A stretch of DNA of 61,436 nt, taken from the UHGV virus genome UHGV-0213688; one strand, written 5' to 3'. Below, piece after piece: positions 28,810 to 37,599 of the stretch. The DNA comes from a virus. The position numbers and the translations under genes are program-made. The first letter of the stretch is position 1. Every line of letters starts with the position of its first letter. The notes beneath the pieces are model-generated. The model was not told where the DNA came from and ran no database searches. It saw only the letters and a list, made by a program, of their open reading frames with translations.

Positions 28810-29313
28810 ATGGCTACCAAACTAATTGGCAAGGGTGCTTTCACTAAAGCATACCTTCTGGATTCAGGTCGCGTACTTCTAAAATCTTGCGACCCTATTA
28901 AAGAATGCATGGCGTGGGGATGGTTTCCTGAGCATGAATTATTTCCCCATGTCACAATGATAGACACAGGAGTCTACGAAATGGATTATTATCCTCGTGT
29001 TCGCAGCTTAAAGAGCGCTTTACAACCTGAGCAATACGCACTCTATAAACAACTCCGCAGCTTGTGCGCAGGGTTAGAGATGCCGCGTAATACATATGAC
29101 AACTATAGCTATCTATATGATGTTTTCAGTAATAGCGACCTGGCCCAAGACATTAAAGATGTGCTCCTGGAAGCTTTGGATGCTTGCGCTAATATTGGTC
29201 CGCAAATGTGGTTTGAAATCAGTCCTCGCAATGTGGCGGTAAAAAACGGAAAACTTGTTTTGCTGGATGTTTTCTTTTGTACACAAGCTCTAAAGAATAT
29301 CAGAAATAGTTGA
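28810..29313 (+). CDS. hypothetical protein with protein-kinase-like motifs
   Basis: 167 aa; IGKGAFTKAY (Gly-rich-loop-like), LLK, SPRNVAV, LLDVFF (DFG-like); too short for a canonical kinase so function is tentative. Confidence 0.5.
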   Translation: MATKLIGKGAFTKAYLLDSGRVLLKSCDPIKECMAWGWFPEHELFPHVTMIDTGVYEMDYYPRVRSLKSALQPEQYALYKQLRSLCAGLEMPRNTYDNYSYLYDVFSNSDLAQDIKDVLLEALDACANIGPQMWFEISPRNVAVKNGKLVLLDVFFCTQALKNIRNS

Positions 29314-29321
29314 TTTATATC

Positions 29322-29350
29322 TTGCCTACTTCAACTTAGTAGGTAATAAT
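29322..29350 (+). promoter_or_regulatory. sigma70-like promoter, copy 2 of the repeated element
   Basis: identical TTGCCT - 17 nt - AATAAT geometry; spacer inverted repeat CCTACT/AGTAGG; same TGATTTATATCTTGCCT motif overlapping upstream stop. Confidence 0.45.
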
Positions 29351-29399
29351 AAGTACAACTTAGCAAGACTACTAAACAATCCAACAGAAGGAATATACC

Positions 29400-30014
29400 A
29401 TGTCTAAAGTAACCCACCGCGAACAGGATAAAATGCGCTACACCATGAAAACGAATGCACGCCGCGCTCTGAAGACCCGCTGGGGCCAGGTTGCACGCGA
29501 TGCACACGAACAGCTTATCCATCAGGACGACATTGGTTTTTACATTATCGAGAAGGAAGTCCTTCAGGTGCTGCGCGATCACGAAAAAGCGCAACAGCCG
29601 GAGCACAAAGTCCCGGCACCGACCGCCGCGCCAGCTGCCAGCGTCTCGGTACTGCGCCCGATGGTAAATCCGGAAATTGTCAAAAGCTGCCTCGAAGCTC
29701 TGGAGCAGGAGGAAGAGAAAGATATGAAACATGCAAAAGCTGCCACGCAGGTTTCTGAAATCAAAATCGAAGAGCCAAAAGCTGCCGCGCCAAAACAGGA
29801 TGTAAAAGCTGCTCGCTGTGATTTCAAAAATGGCGCTCGCAAGCCTCTGAAAGGAAAAACTGCCGAAGTGTGGGCAATGGGTGACAAACTTTTAGCCGAA
29901 CTGGGCCGCACGCCGGAGCTGAAAGAAATGAAAGCTGCAATGCCTTCTTACAACGGGACGACGGTAGCCATTCAGTTCTACGCTTGGCGCAAATATAACG
30001 GCCTGGACGCATAA
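29400..30014 (+). CDS. hypothetical protein; C-terminal ~50-aa module shared with 45730..46533
   Basis: AAGGA RBS; C-terminus ...VWAMGDKLLAELG...IQFYAWRKYNG matches ...AWALMDQISATLG...TQYARWKKFNG. Confidence 0.55.
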   Translation: MSKVTHREQDKMRYTMKTNARRALKTRWGQVARDAHEQLIHQDDIGFYIIEKEVLQVLRDHEKAQQPEHKVPAPTAAPAASVSVLRPMVNPEIVKSCLEALEQEEEKDMKHAKAATQVSEIKIEEPKAAAPKQDVKAARCDFKNGARKPLKGKTAEVWAMGDKLLAELGRTPELKEMKAAMPSYNGTTVAIQFYAWRKYNGLDA

Positions 30015-30069
30015 TCTATAACCACACTGTTCACTGACGGGCTTCTGCGGGAGCCCTAAGGATAAGAAG

Positions 30070-30246
30070 ATGCAATTAGATAGTTTCGCAACTCAATACT
30101 TAAAAGACCTTCAGCGTCGTGTGAATGAAGCACGTGCCAAAGAAGGCCTTAAACCTCTAAACCAGTCCCAGCTTGTTGGCGAATTAATCGAGCAAGCTGC
30201 CACTCAGTCAACATTATTCGTCGGCTCTGTGTTCGTAAGGAAATAA
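30070..30246 (+). CDS. small hypothetical protein (58 aa, below ORF-track cutoff)
   Basis: ATG 30070 with AAGGA 7 nt upstream; stop TAA one nt before next gene ATG. Confidence 0.4.
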   Translation: MQLDSFATQYLKDLQRRVNEARAKEGLKPLNQSQLVGELIEQAATQSTLFVGSVFVRK

Positions 30247-30247
30247 T

Positions 30248-30574
30248 ATGAAAAAGTTCATCCGCTCTTACACTGACATCCGAGGCTTGCGAAAAGGAAC
30301 GGTTTATGAAGTTGCCGACTTCGGAAATAAAATATTGGTCCCTTATTACAATAAAGACGAAAAGCCGGTTCCAATGACCAGCGTATGCTTCACCCGCCTT
30401 ATGCAGGACAAGTTCCTTGTAGAAGTGCAACCGATGCGCAAAGAAGGCACATCCGAAATCTGGTTTGTGCACCGCCAGGAACCGGATAGTATTTGGTCCG
30501 ACTGGATAAGCGAAAAACTGTCGGGTATTATGTCCGACGATACGCTAGCCCACTTCACACCTGTACAGCTCTAA
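30248..30574 (+). CDS. hypothetical protein
   Basis: 108 aa ORF. Confidence 0.5.
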   Translation: MKKFIRSYTDIRGLRKGTVYEVADFGNKILVPYYNKDEKPVPMTSVCFTRLMQDKFLVEVQPMRKEGTSEIWFVHRQEPDSIWSDWISEKLSGIMSDDTLAHFTPVQL

Positions 30575-30953
30575 AATACTCCCGGGCCAGCCCTCCTACT
30601 GGTCCGGTTAACCGCGCAATAAAGTCCTCCTCCAATATCTCGCGATTAAGCGCATTATAGCTTGATATACCTTCCGATCACAATAGTTCAATAAATTTCC
30701 CTCAAAAGCACTTGACTTCTCATTTTTGATCTGCATCCGTTCAGGTTTATGAAAATTTATAGAGTTTATATAATGACCATAAACTCGTCAAATAATACCA
30801 ATAGGTACTATATACATTAATAATAAATCCTTATTTTATATATATTTATAGTTATTATTTACTATTAGTTTAATTATATTTGTTTTAGTTAGTTGACTGA
30901 AAGTTTATAAGTTTATAGGGAGCGAGCCAACCGAGATTTCATAAAATGCATAG

Positions 30954-31217
30954 TATAGTGGTATAGTGGCATTCACTATGTTTCACTACTACTACTAATT
31001 CTTTGTTTGAAAACGGGGTAATAAGGGGAAAACCGTAAACTTATAAACTTTGCTCTGTGTCAAAAATAAAATTAGTGAATAGTGGAATAGTGGTTTATAG
31101 TGGCAAACTTTTATAAAGCCAGTAACGGCGCACTATACACATTTTGCCCACTATGTACGCCACTAAGCACTATATTAAAACAATCCTTGCAAATAGCTAA
31201 TGTCTGTTTTATAGTGG
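30954..31217. repeat. iteron array: at least 6 direct and 4 inverted copies of core ATAGTGG
   Basis: direct copies at 30954, 30962, 31078, 31086, 31097, 31210; inverted CACTAT at 30974, 31131, 31149, 31169; flanked by inverted AAGTTTATAAGTTTA (30900 and 31035) in a 640-bp AT-rich ORF-free region. Confidence 0.6.
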
Positions 31218-31242
31218 CTTCACCAGTTGACTAGGAGGATTT

Positions 31243-31986
31243 ATGAGCGAAGAAACTATCACATCCGCACCATTAACATCTAAAACTGTGGTTAAAGATC
31301 TGTGTTTTGCTGCGTGGGTTGTGCAAGCTTGCTCGCAGTTGCGCGGTGCGCCAACCAAATCACAGGCGCTTGCTATGGTGGAGGATTACTTCAACGAAGA
31401 TGTGGAACAGCCTGTTAAAAAAGCTGTAAGACAAAAAGCGGGAAAGCTGGATGCAGAACGGGCGGCTTTCCTTGCATGGGTTAGCGATAAGCTGGGACAT
31501 GAACTGGATGCCAAAGAGCTTCGCAGCTATACGGGCAAATTCAATTACCACATGGGCAAGGGTAACGACCCATATGAAGAAGCATTTAAGGTAAAAGAAG
31601 ATAAGGGTAAGGCGGGGCGCAAGGAAAACGTCGAGCTTAAAGCATGGATAGAGCGCCAAGCCTTGCTCAAAGGGGATCCTCTGACAGATAAGGAAGCGGA
31701 TAAATTGACACATCGCTGGTACAGGATGCGCCGGAGCGGCGATGTTCGGGACTGGGATAATCGCGGTCGCTGGCCTACGTGTTCCCTGCACCATTACGAA
31801 ACCGCTACCGCTATCCGTGTCAAGCTTGGCGCTCATTGGGTAGACCTTGCACTATACAGGGATGCTGAACAGGCTAAAAATATTCTTCCGAACATTGATA
31901 ATTGGCTTATTAGCTTAAGACAGGGAAGGGAGCCGCAGGACGTTATGTTAGAAGTTAGTAACCATATTATCACAACTCCGCAATAA
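31243..31986 (+). CDS. hypothetical protein, first gene after iteron region
   Basis: 247 aa; AGGAGG RBS 5 nt upstream. Confidence 0.55.
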   Translation: MSEETITSAPLTSKTVVKDLCFAAWVVQACSQLRGAPTKSQALAMVEDYFNEDVEQPVKKAVRQKAGKLDAERAAFLAWVSDKLGHELDAKELRSYTGKFNYHMGKGNDPYEEAFKVKEDKGKAGRKENVELKAWIERQALLKGDPLTDKEADKLTHRWYRMRRSGDVRDWDNRGRWPTCSLHHYETATAIRVKLGAHWVDLALYRDAEQAKNILPNIDNWLISLRQGREPQDVMLEVSNHIITTPQ

Positions 31987-32051
31987 TGCAAAAATAGTTG
32001 CAAAGTAAGGCTTTACTGTGTATTGTGTGGACGGTTGTAACGGAGGGTATT

Positions 32052-32255
32052 ATGGATCACGAATCGGAATTTGATTTGAACTACATAACGGCAGCGGAAA
32101 TCGAAGACCGTTATGGCATATCTAAGTTTAAGATGTCGCGCATACGTGACAGCATCCCGGGCGCTATCAGAATTGCTAACCAGTACATCTACAAACGCTC
32201 CTTAGCAGTGCCCGTTCTGGAAAAGATGCAAGGCGATAAGCGTCGGAGGTCTTAA
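32052..32255 (+). CDS. small putative DNA-binding protein (HTH-like)
   Basis: ORF 31998..32255; preferred ATG 32052 with GGAGGG; ITAAEIEDRYGISKFKMSRIRDS resembles a helix-turn-helix. Confidence 0.4.
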   Translation: MDHESEFDLNYITAAEIEDRYGISKFKMSRIRDSIPGAIRIANQYIYKRSLAVPVLEKMQGDKRRRS

Positions 32256-32261
32256 TTAAAT

Positions 32262-34604
32262 ATGGAACTGTTTCCCGCTGAAATTAAAGCTTTCCCACAA
32301 TGGGCGGTCGCCGATGCGGATAAAAAGCCTCTTGTATGGGACAACGATATTGGACGTTTGATGGCGGCGGACGTTACCGATCCGGATATGCTTATGACGT
32401 TTGAAGCTGCCAAAGGTTGCGCCGCGCATTTCAACAAACCTTATATTGGCTTTGTGCTTACTGCACAAGACCCGTTCACCTGCATCGATCTGGATGTGAA
32501 GAACGCGACCAATGAACCTGATCCCAAGAAGCACACGACGCCGGAACAGTTGCGCCGCTTCGAACAGATCATGACTGCGTTCGATACTTACACCGAAGTA
32601 AGTCGCTCAGGTTTGGGTGTCCACCTGTGGTTAAGAGGTAACATCGGTAAAGGTCGCCGACGTGATGGTGTCGAGGTTTATAGTCAGGAGCGTTTTATTA
32701 TCTGCACGGGCAATCCTGTTTATAACAAACCAGTTGCAGAACGTGATCATTATCTTACTATGCTTGTGAATGAAATTGATCTTCAGCGCAAGACATATGA
32801 AATTGAACTGGTAGAAAAAGATCCGGTAGAAGACGATGCGACTATTCACCAGCGAGCACTTGAAGCGGACAACGGGGATAAGTATGCACGCCTATTCAAT
32901 GGCGAATGGGTTGAAATGGGATTCCCTTCCCAGTCTGAAGCAGACCTTGCCCTTATTTCTATGTATGCATTCTACACAGAAAGTAATGAGCAATGCCGTC
33001 GTCTGTTCCGTTACAGTGCACTGGGCAAACGTGAGAAGGCTAATAAGAACAATGTTCATATTGACCGTTGTTTGCGCATGTGCCGCGGTCGTATGGAGCG
33101 TGAGCGCATTGCCCAGGAAAACGTAGCGGCGCTGGCGCGGGATTACGCTGCTCGTATGCAAGCCGCACACAGTGCAATGCAGCAGGTAACGGAAATGCCT
33201 GTGATTGTCGAAACAACACAGGGGCAGACAGTAGTTGCGGAAAGTACATCCATTGATGCAACAGCTATTGACTGGCCACCGGGACTCGCTGGGGAGCTTG
33301 CGAAGTACATCTACAAAGCATCCGTCCGACCAGTAAAAGAAATCTCTATTGTGACTGCGCTCGGCTTTATGGCTGGGGTATGCGGGAAAGTATGGCAGAT
33401 TCCGCAATCCGGTCTTAATGGTTATTTTGTCTTAATTGCTCGTTCTGGTGTTGGTAAAGAGACGTTGAACAGTGGGCTGTCTAATATAGTTAGCCAGATT
33501 CAGGACCAGTTTCCGCAGATTCATAGCTTTGTATCTTTTGACAGATGCGCTTCTGGATCTGCACTGCGTAAATCTTTTGCAGACAAACAATCTTTTATCA
33601 ACTTGAACGGTGAGTTTGGTAAGATTATCAAAGCAATGGCAACGGCTCCAGCAGGATCGCCGATGCAAAGTTTCAAGAATGACCTTACCGATGTTTATCA
33701 AAAGTCCGGTCAGATGTCTATCGTTGGTGGTATGTCTTATTCTGATAAGGCTAATAATACTGAAGCTCAACAAGGTGTGGCATATAGCATCATGGGCGAA
33801 ACGACACCGGATACGTTCTTTGAAGCATTAACCCGTGAAATGATGGAGGACGGATTCTTATCCCGTTTCCATGTTGTACGCTATGAAGGTGATCGACCAC
33901 CTTTAAACAAAAATCAGCAGACTACAATGGATCAGCATTTGAAGGACATGGTGTGCCATCTTGTTAACCACACTTTAGTAACAATGGCAAAGCATCAGAG
34001 TATTGAAGTACAGTTTAGCCCGGATGCGGAAACATTATGCGATCAGTTTAACGATGAATGTGATCGCAATATTAACGCAACCAAAGACGAAGCGATCCGT
34101 CAGCCGTGGAACCGTGCTCACCTGAAGGTCTTGCGACTTTCTGCCTTGTTAGCTGTGGGTGAGAACTGGATCAATCCGGTGGTACAAACCTATCATGTGC
34201 AATGGGCTTTGGACTTCGTGCGTCATGGGCAGGATATTATTATGAAGGAATGGCATAGCGGAGGCATTGGGACTAATGATGAAGCTCGTATCCGTACTAT
34301 GTGTCAGGTCTGTGTGAATTATCTAACTAAAGACTGGGTGAAAGTTAAACGTGTAGATTTGCGCAAAGAAGGTATTATCACGCGGGGTGATATTACTACG
34401 CGTCTTGCAAGTAAGTCCGCGTTTAAAAACTATCATCACGGATTATCCGCTGCAATCGAGTCTACAATCAAGGAGATGGTTGCTATGGGTGCACTTGTTC
34501 CGGTAACACGGGAGGAGACTATTAAACTGGGATTTACTGGGGCAGCTTGGCGCATTACGCAAGATGTTGAAGGAATTATGGCAAACTTAGGTGAAGAGGA
34601 ATAA
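32262..34604 (+). CDS. DNA primase/helicase (PrimPol-type primase domain + P-loop helicase domain)
   Basis: 780 aa; N-terminal DLD and SRSGLGVHLW motifs; central phage/plasmid primase-like region; Walker-A-like ARSGVGKET. Confidence 0.7.
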   Translation: MELFPAEIKAFPQWAVADADKKPLVWDNDIGRLMAADVTDPDMLMTFEAAKGCAAHFNKPYIGFVLTAQDPFTCIDLDVKNATNEPDPKKHTTPEQLRRFEQIMTAFDTYTEVSRSGLGVHLWLRGNIGKGRRRDGVEVYSQERFIICTGNPVYNKPVAERDHYLTMLVNEIDLQRKTYEIELVEKDPVEDDATIHQRALEADNGDKYARLFNGEWVEMGFPSQSEADLALISMYAFYTESNEQCRRLFRYSALGKREKANKNNVHIDRCLRMCRGRMERERIAQENVAALARDYAARMQAAHSAMQQVTEMPVIVETTQGQTVVAESTSIDATAIDWPPGLAGELAKYIYKASVRPVKEISIVTALGFMAGVCGKVWQIPQSGLNGYFVLIARSGVGKETLNSGLSNIVSQIQDQFPQIHSFVSFDRCASGSALRKSFADKQSFINLNGEFGKIIKAMATAPAGSPMQSFKNDLTDVYQKSGQMSIVGGMSYSDKANNTEAQQGVAYSIMGETTPDTFFEALTREMMEDGFLSRFHVVRYEGDRPPLNKNQQTTMDQHLKDMVCHLVNHTLVTMAKHQSIEVQFSPDAETLCDQFNDECDRNINATKDEAIRQPWNRAHLKVLRLSALLAVGENWINPVVQTYHVQWALDFVRHGQDIIMKEWHSGGIGTNDEARIRTMCQVCVNYLTKDWVKVKRVDLRKEGIITRGDITTRLASKSAFKNYHHGLSAAIESTIKEMVAMGALVPVTREETIKLGFTGAAWRITQDVEGIMANLGEEE

Positions 34605-34606
34605 AT

Positions 34607-34630
34607 AAAGGGCCTTTCGGCCCTTTATTG
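34607..34630. terminator. bidirectional rho-independent terminator
   Basis: AAAGGGCC-TTTC-GGCCCTTT with T/A runs both sides, between convergent genes. Confidence 0.7.
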
Positions 34631-34855
34631 TTAGTTGAGATAGTAATCGTCGACGTCGTACCTTGCCATAATTTCGGATGCTTCCGCTGCACTTTCCGCT
34701 TCTTCATAAGCTTGCTCAGCGTCGTCATAAGTACCGTAATACATCCAACCTTCACCCATTGGACGGATATATGCTTCAAATTTGCCAGTACGCGGGTGAC
34801 GTACAACTTTATAATCCGCGCCCATTGTGCTATATACTTTATTCAGCATGACCAT
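34631..34855 (-). CDS. hypothetical protein, lone minus-strand gene in plus-strand block
   Basis: 74 aa; GGAGG 8 nt upstream of ATG 34855. Confidence 0.55.
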   Translation of the reverse strand: MVMLNKVYSTMGADYKVVRHPRTGKFEAYIRPMGEGWMYYGTYDDAEQAYEEAESAAEASEIMARYDVDDYYLN

Positions 34856-35013
34856 TTTGTAATCCTCCGTTTTGTTTATGAGTTAATAGTACAGTTAGAC
34901 GGATCAGATGTAAAGGCAAATCGTGCTATTTCATAGATGCATTTCAAGTCTAAAGTTGTTGCACACATCGTAAGTCCTGCTATACTTACAGCATAAAGTT
35001 AACGGAGGGAACA

Positions 35014-35088
35014 ATGTTCGAGCTTTTAAAATTATTTGCGGGTGCTATTTTCGTAGCTGGTTATTTCTGGTTTATGTACATTCTGTGA
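35014..35088 (+). CDS. tiny hydrophobic peptide (24 aa)
   Basis: ATG 35014 with GGAGGG 5 nt upstream; MFELLKLFAGAIFVAGYFWFMYIL; stop overlaps RBS of next gene. Confidence 0.3.
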   Translation: MFELLKLFAGAIFVAGYFWFMYIL

Positions 35089-35096
35089 GGTGTAAG

Positions 35097-35312
35097 ATGA
35101 AAATTGAATTAGAAGTTATTGAAGGTCAGGCTCCGGTTGATGAATTTGGTCACATTGACAATGATGTAATTATTATCGGATTAGACGGTTCTTTACATGC
35201 TGTAGGTAATCAAAATGTAATGGGAGGTCTTTGTAATTGTTGCAGTGATAATTTTCCAAAACACAATCGATATATTCTCATCCCTAAAAATATCAAAGAC
35301 TGTGAGGAATGA
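35097..35312 (+). CDS. hypothetical protein (AT-rich island)
   Basis: ORF 35085..35312; ATG 35097 after GAGGTG. Confidence 0.5.
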   Translation: MKIELEVIEGQAPVDEFGHIDNDVIIIGLDGSLHAVGNQNVMGGLCNCCSDNFPKHNRYILIPKNIKDCEE

Positions 35313-35315
35313 AAA

Positions 35316-35549
35316 ATGAGTAAATTAAAAACAACTATCTACACTAAAAAAGCTATTGAAGGCTTTATGCAACATTTGTCTGAATTGGGTCTAAGCGTCT
35401 ATGGACCTTGTATGAAGGAAGAGATTGAGTATCCTTCCCTTATGGATTACAATGTTGACGATATTATTAATCGGCGCAAATGTATTCAGGATGGGAGCTT
35501 ATTCTATATAGATGATATTACATTAATTGATCACGAGGATGACAAATGA
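35316..35549 (+). CDS. hypothetical protein (AT-rich island)
   Basis: 77 aa; GAGGA RBS. Confidence 0.5.
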   Translation: MSKLKTTIYTKKAIEGFMQHLSELGLSVYGPCMKEEIEYPSLMDYNVDDIINRRKCIQDGSLFYIDDITLIDHEDDK

Positions 35550-35737
35550 ATCTTAAACTATTAAAGAATTTATATTGGACAGTTTGGACTATCCTTACAG
35601 TTATTCTTATCGTATATGTTAATAAATCAACTGTCCTGGGAATACTTTATGTAATAGCATATGGTATTAGCTGTACTATTGGTTCTGCTGCTTTAGTTGT
35701 TATTTCTTATGAGGGTGATAAAGGGGAAGAAAAATGA
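35546..35737 (+). CDS. small membrane protein (AT-rich island)
   Basis: 63 aa with two hydrophobic helices; overlapping stop/start. Confidence 0.5.
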   Translation: MNLKLLKNLYWTVWTILTVILIVYVNKSTVLGILYVIAYGISCTIGSAALVVISYEGDKGEEK

Positions 35738-36048
35738 GTATTGTAAACACTATCTGTGAGGCAATTTATGCGGAGCTTATCCGTATTGAAACTAATCTGC
35801 ATAAAGAAGGACGAAAAGAAATCAAAAGAATTCTTGTAGATTTCCCTACAGCAATGGATATTCGAAGAGATGGTCATTTATACTATTGGGGTAGTGAATA
35901 CATCGATGAATGCGACGGAGGGCATTGTATCCACATGGCTATTATGAATTACCCTATTGTTCCAACCGATCAAGTAACAGGTTTTGAGTTGATGTTAAAT
36001 GATGGTACTTTAGCACCAAAAGCGGCAAAGGGAACCGCGCAAAATTGA
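35734..36048 (+). CDS. hypothetical protein (AT-rich island)
   Basis: 104 aa; AAGGGG RBS. Confidence 0.5.
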   Translation: MSIVNTICEAIYAELIRIETNLHKEGRKEIKRILVDFPTAMDIRRDGHLYYWGSEYIDECDGGHCIHMAIMNYPIVPTDQVTGFELMLNDGTLAPKAAKGTAQN

Positions 36049-36357
36049 AGCTTGCCATTCAAGACTGCATCCTTTAAGATAACCACAGTTAACGAGGTTT
36101 AACAATTTAACAACATTAACTTAGTGAACGATGCTTAACTCAAGCCCTTGAAAGCGGTAGCTGTACCTCCTTACAGCAACTACTTTCGCTGGGCTTCCTG
36201 GAGCGGACAGGGTAAACCCGCAACTTACTGAACGATGTGAACGATGTTTAACGCGACGGCGCCAGATGTACCAAACCGTCACCAGCCTTTGGCGAGGCTG
36301 TACAAGTAGGCCAGGATAGACGAAGACGGCAGTCAAAGTAAGCTATCCGACAATCAA

Positions 36358-36393
36358 GAGAGCCCAGGAATCCTTATGCCTGGGCTTTTTTGT
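36358..36393 (+). terminator. rho-independent terminator
   Basis: AGCCCAGG-aatccttatg-CCTGGGCT followed by TTTTTTGTT. Confidence 0.7.
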
Positions 36394-36465
36394 TCCTTGT
36401 GATCAACAGAACTTCAATATAAAATTCTTTATGAAGTGTTTTACATTAAAGTTATGGAGACAAAC

Positions 36466-36933
36466 ATGGCAGTAAATATTCGCGCTAAAGGTCAACGCGG
36501 TGAGCGGGAAGTATGCGATTTCTTTAATGCAATTTATGCTGAAATCTACGCAGAGCTGGGGATGCAGTTACCGGAAAAACCTATTGCTCAGCGTAACCAG
36601 AATCAAAGTGCGGTCGGTGGTTGTGACATTAGCAATACGTGCCACCATGCGGTTGAAGTAAAAAACCACGCTACGCCACAAGTAAACACATGGTGGAAGC
36701 AGACTGTTCAATCGGCTAAAGAGCTTGGAAGATATCCAGTTCTGATGTATAAAATAGAACGTAAAGGATGGAAGGTTGTTCTACCGCTCAATCCAGTCGT
36801 CTTTAGCAATGGTGAGTGGCAGTGGTATGAAGTTAAAGACTCCATCCGCGCGGAAATTAGTCTTGATGATTACCGCATTATTTTTAAAGCGCACGCGAAA
36901 CAATGGTTAATTGATCGCGGTTCAATTCAATAA
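36466..36933 (+). CDS. putative PD-(D/E)xK-type nuclease (possible resolvase)
   Basis: ORF 36436..36933; preferred ATG 36466 after GGAG; GGCDIS...HHAVEVKNH fits a D...E-x-K arrangement. Confidence 0.4.
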   Translation: MAVNIRAKGQRGEREVCDFFNAIYAEIYAELGMQLPEKPIAQRNQNQSAVGGCDISNTCHHAVEVKNHATPQVNTWWKQTVQSAKELGRYPVLMYKIERKGWKVVLPLNPVVFSNGEWQWYEVKDSIRAEISLDDYRIIFKAHAKQWLIDRGSIQ

Positions 36934-36942
36934 GGTGAAATT

Positions 36943-37536
36943 ATGACTGACGTATTAAATAGCACAGAAAGTTCTTTTGTAATTGATGTTGAAAAATTTG
37001 CCGCAGTATTAAGCACAATTCCGGTCGGTGTGAAACGCTTAACAGACAGCGCCATCTTGCCAGCGTTCGCTACTGCTGGGGCAGCTTGCTTTGACCTGCA
37101 CGCGGATCTCAAAAGTGAAGACGGTTGTGAACAAATCATTTTCTCTTACGAGCACATATTCCGCACAGGGTTGGCGTTTGATATCCCTAAAGGGTATGCG
37201 CTTATGGTCTATTCCCGTAGTGGGCACGGATTCAAAAATGACGTGCGTTTGGCAAACTGCGTGGGCGTTATTGATAGCGATTACACTGGCGAAGTTAAAG
37301 TTAAGCTTACTATTGATCATGATGGTTGTTTTACCGTTAGTCATGGTGATCGTATTGCGCAAGCTATGCTTATTAAGGTGCCTTGCGTGCAACTGGTAGA
37401 AGTAGAAGAACTCAAAACTACTGAGCGCGGTGCTAATGGATTCGGGTCAACTGGCACGTCTGCCAATGTGGTTACAGCAGAGGAAGAAGCTGCTACGCAT
37501 CCGATCATGACTTCACGTCATTTAGATAAAAAATAA
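36943..37536 (+). CDS. dut: dUTP diphosphatase
   Basis: conserved dUTPase motifs: AGAACFDL, YSRSGHG, GVIDSDYTGE, RIAQ, RGANGFGSTG. Confidence 0.8.
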   Translation: MTDVLNSTESSFVIDVEKFAAVLSTIPVGVKRLTDSAILPAFATAGAACFDLHADLKSEDGCEQIIFSYEHIFRTGLAFDIPKGYALMVYSRSGHGFKNDVRLANCVGVIDSDYTGEVKVKLTIDHDGCFTVSHGDRIAQAMLIKVPCVQLVEVEELKTTERGANGFGSTGTSANVVTAEEEAATHPIMTSRHLDKK

Positions 37537-37599
37537 GTCTTGCTTAAGCACATGGATGTGTTACTATACATACATCGAAACACAACAGAGGACAGAAAA

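Noticed and set aside
36121-36336. Minus-strand 71-aa ORF in the ORF-free segment
   Set aside because: No RBS and Arg-rich composition from GC-rich DNA; it would run antisense into a strong plus-strand terminator. Region kept as candidate non-coding.
36050-36400. Possible tRNA gene
   Set aside because: No T-loop GGTTCGAATCC-like sequence and no acceptor-stem complementarity seen here or anywhere in the window. No tRNA is called.
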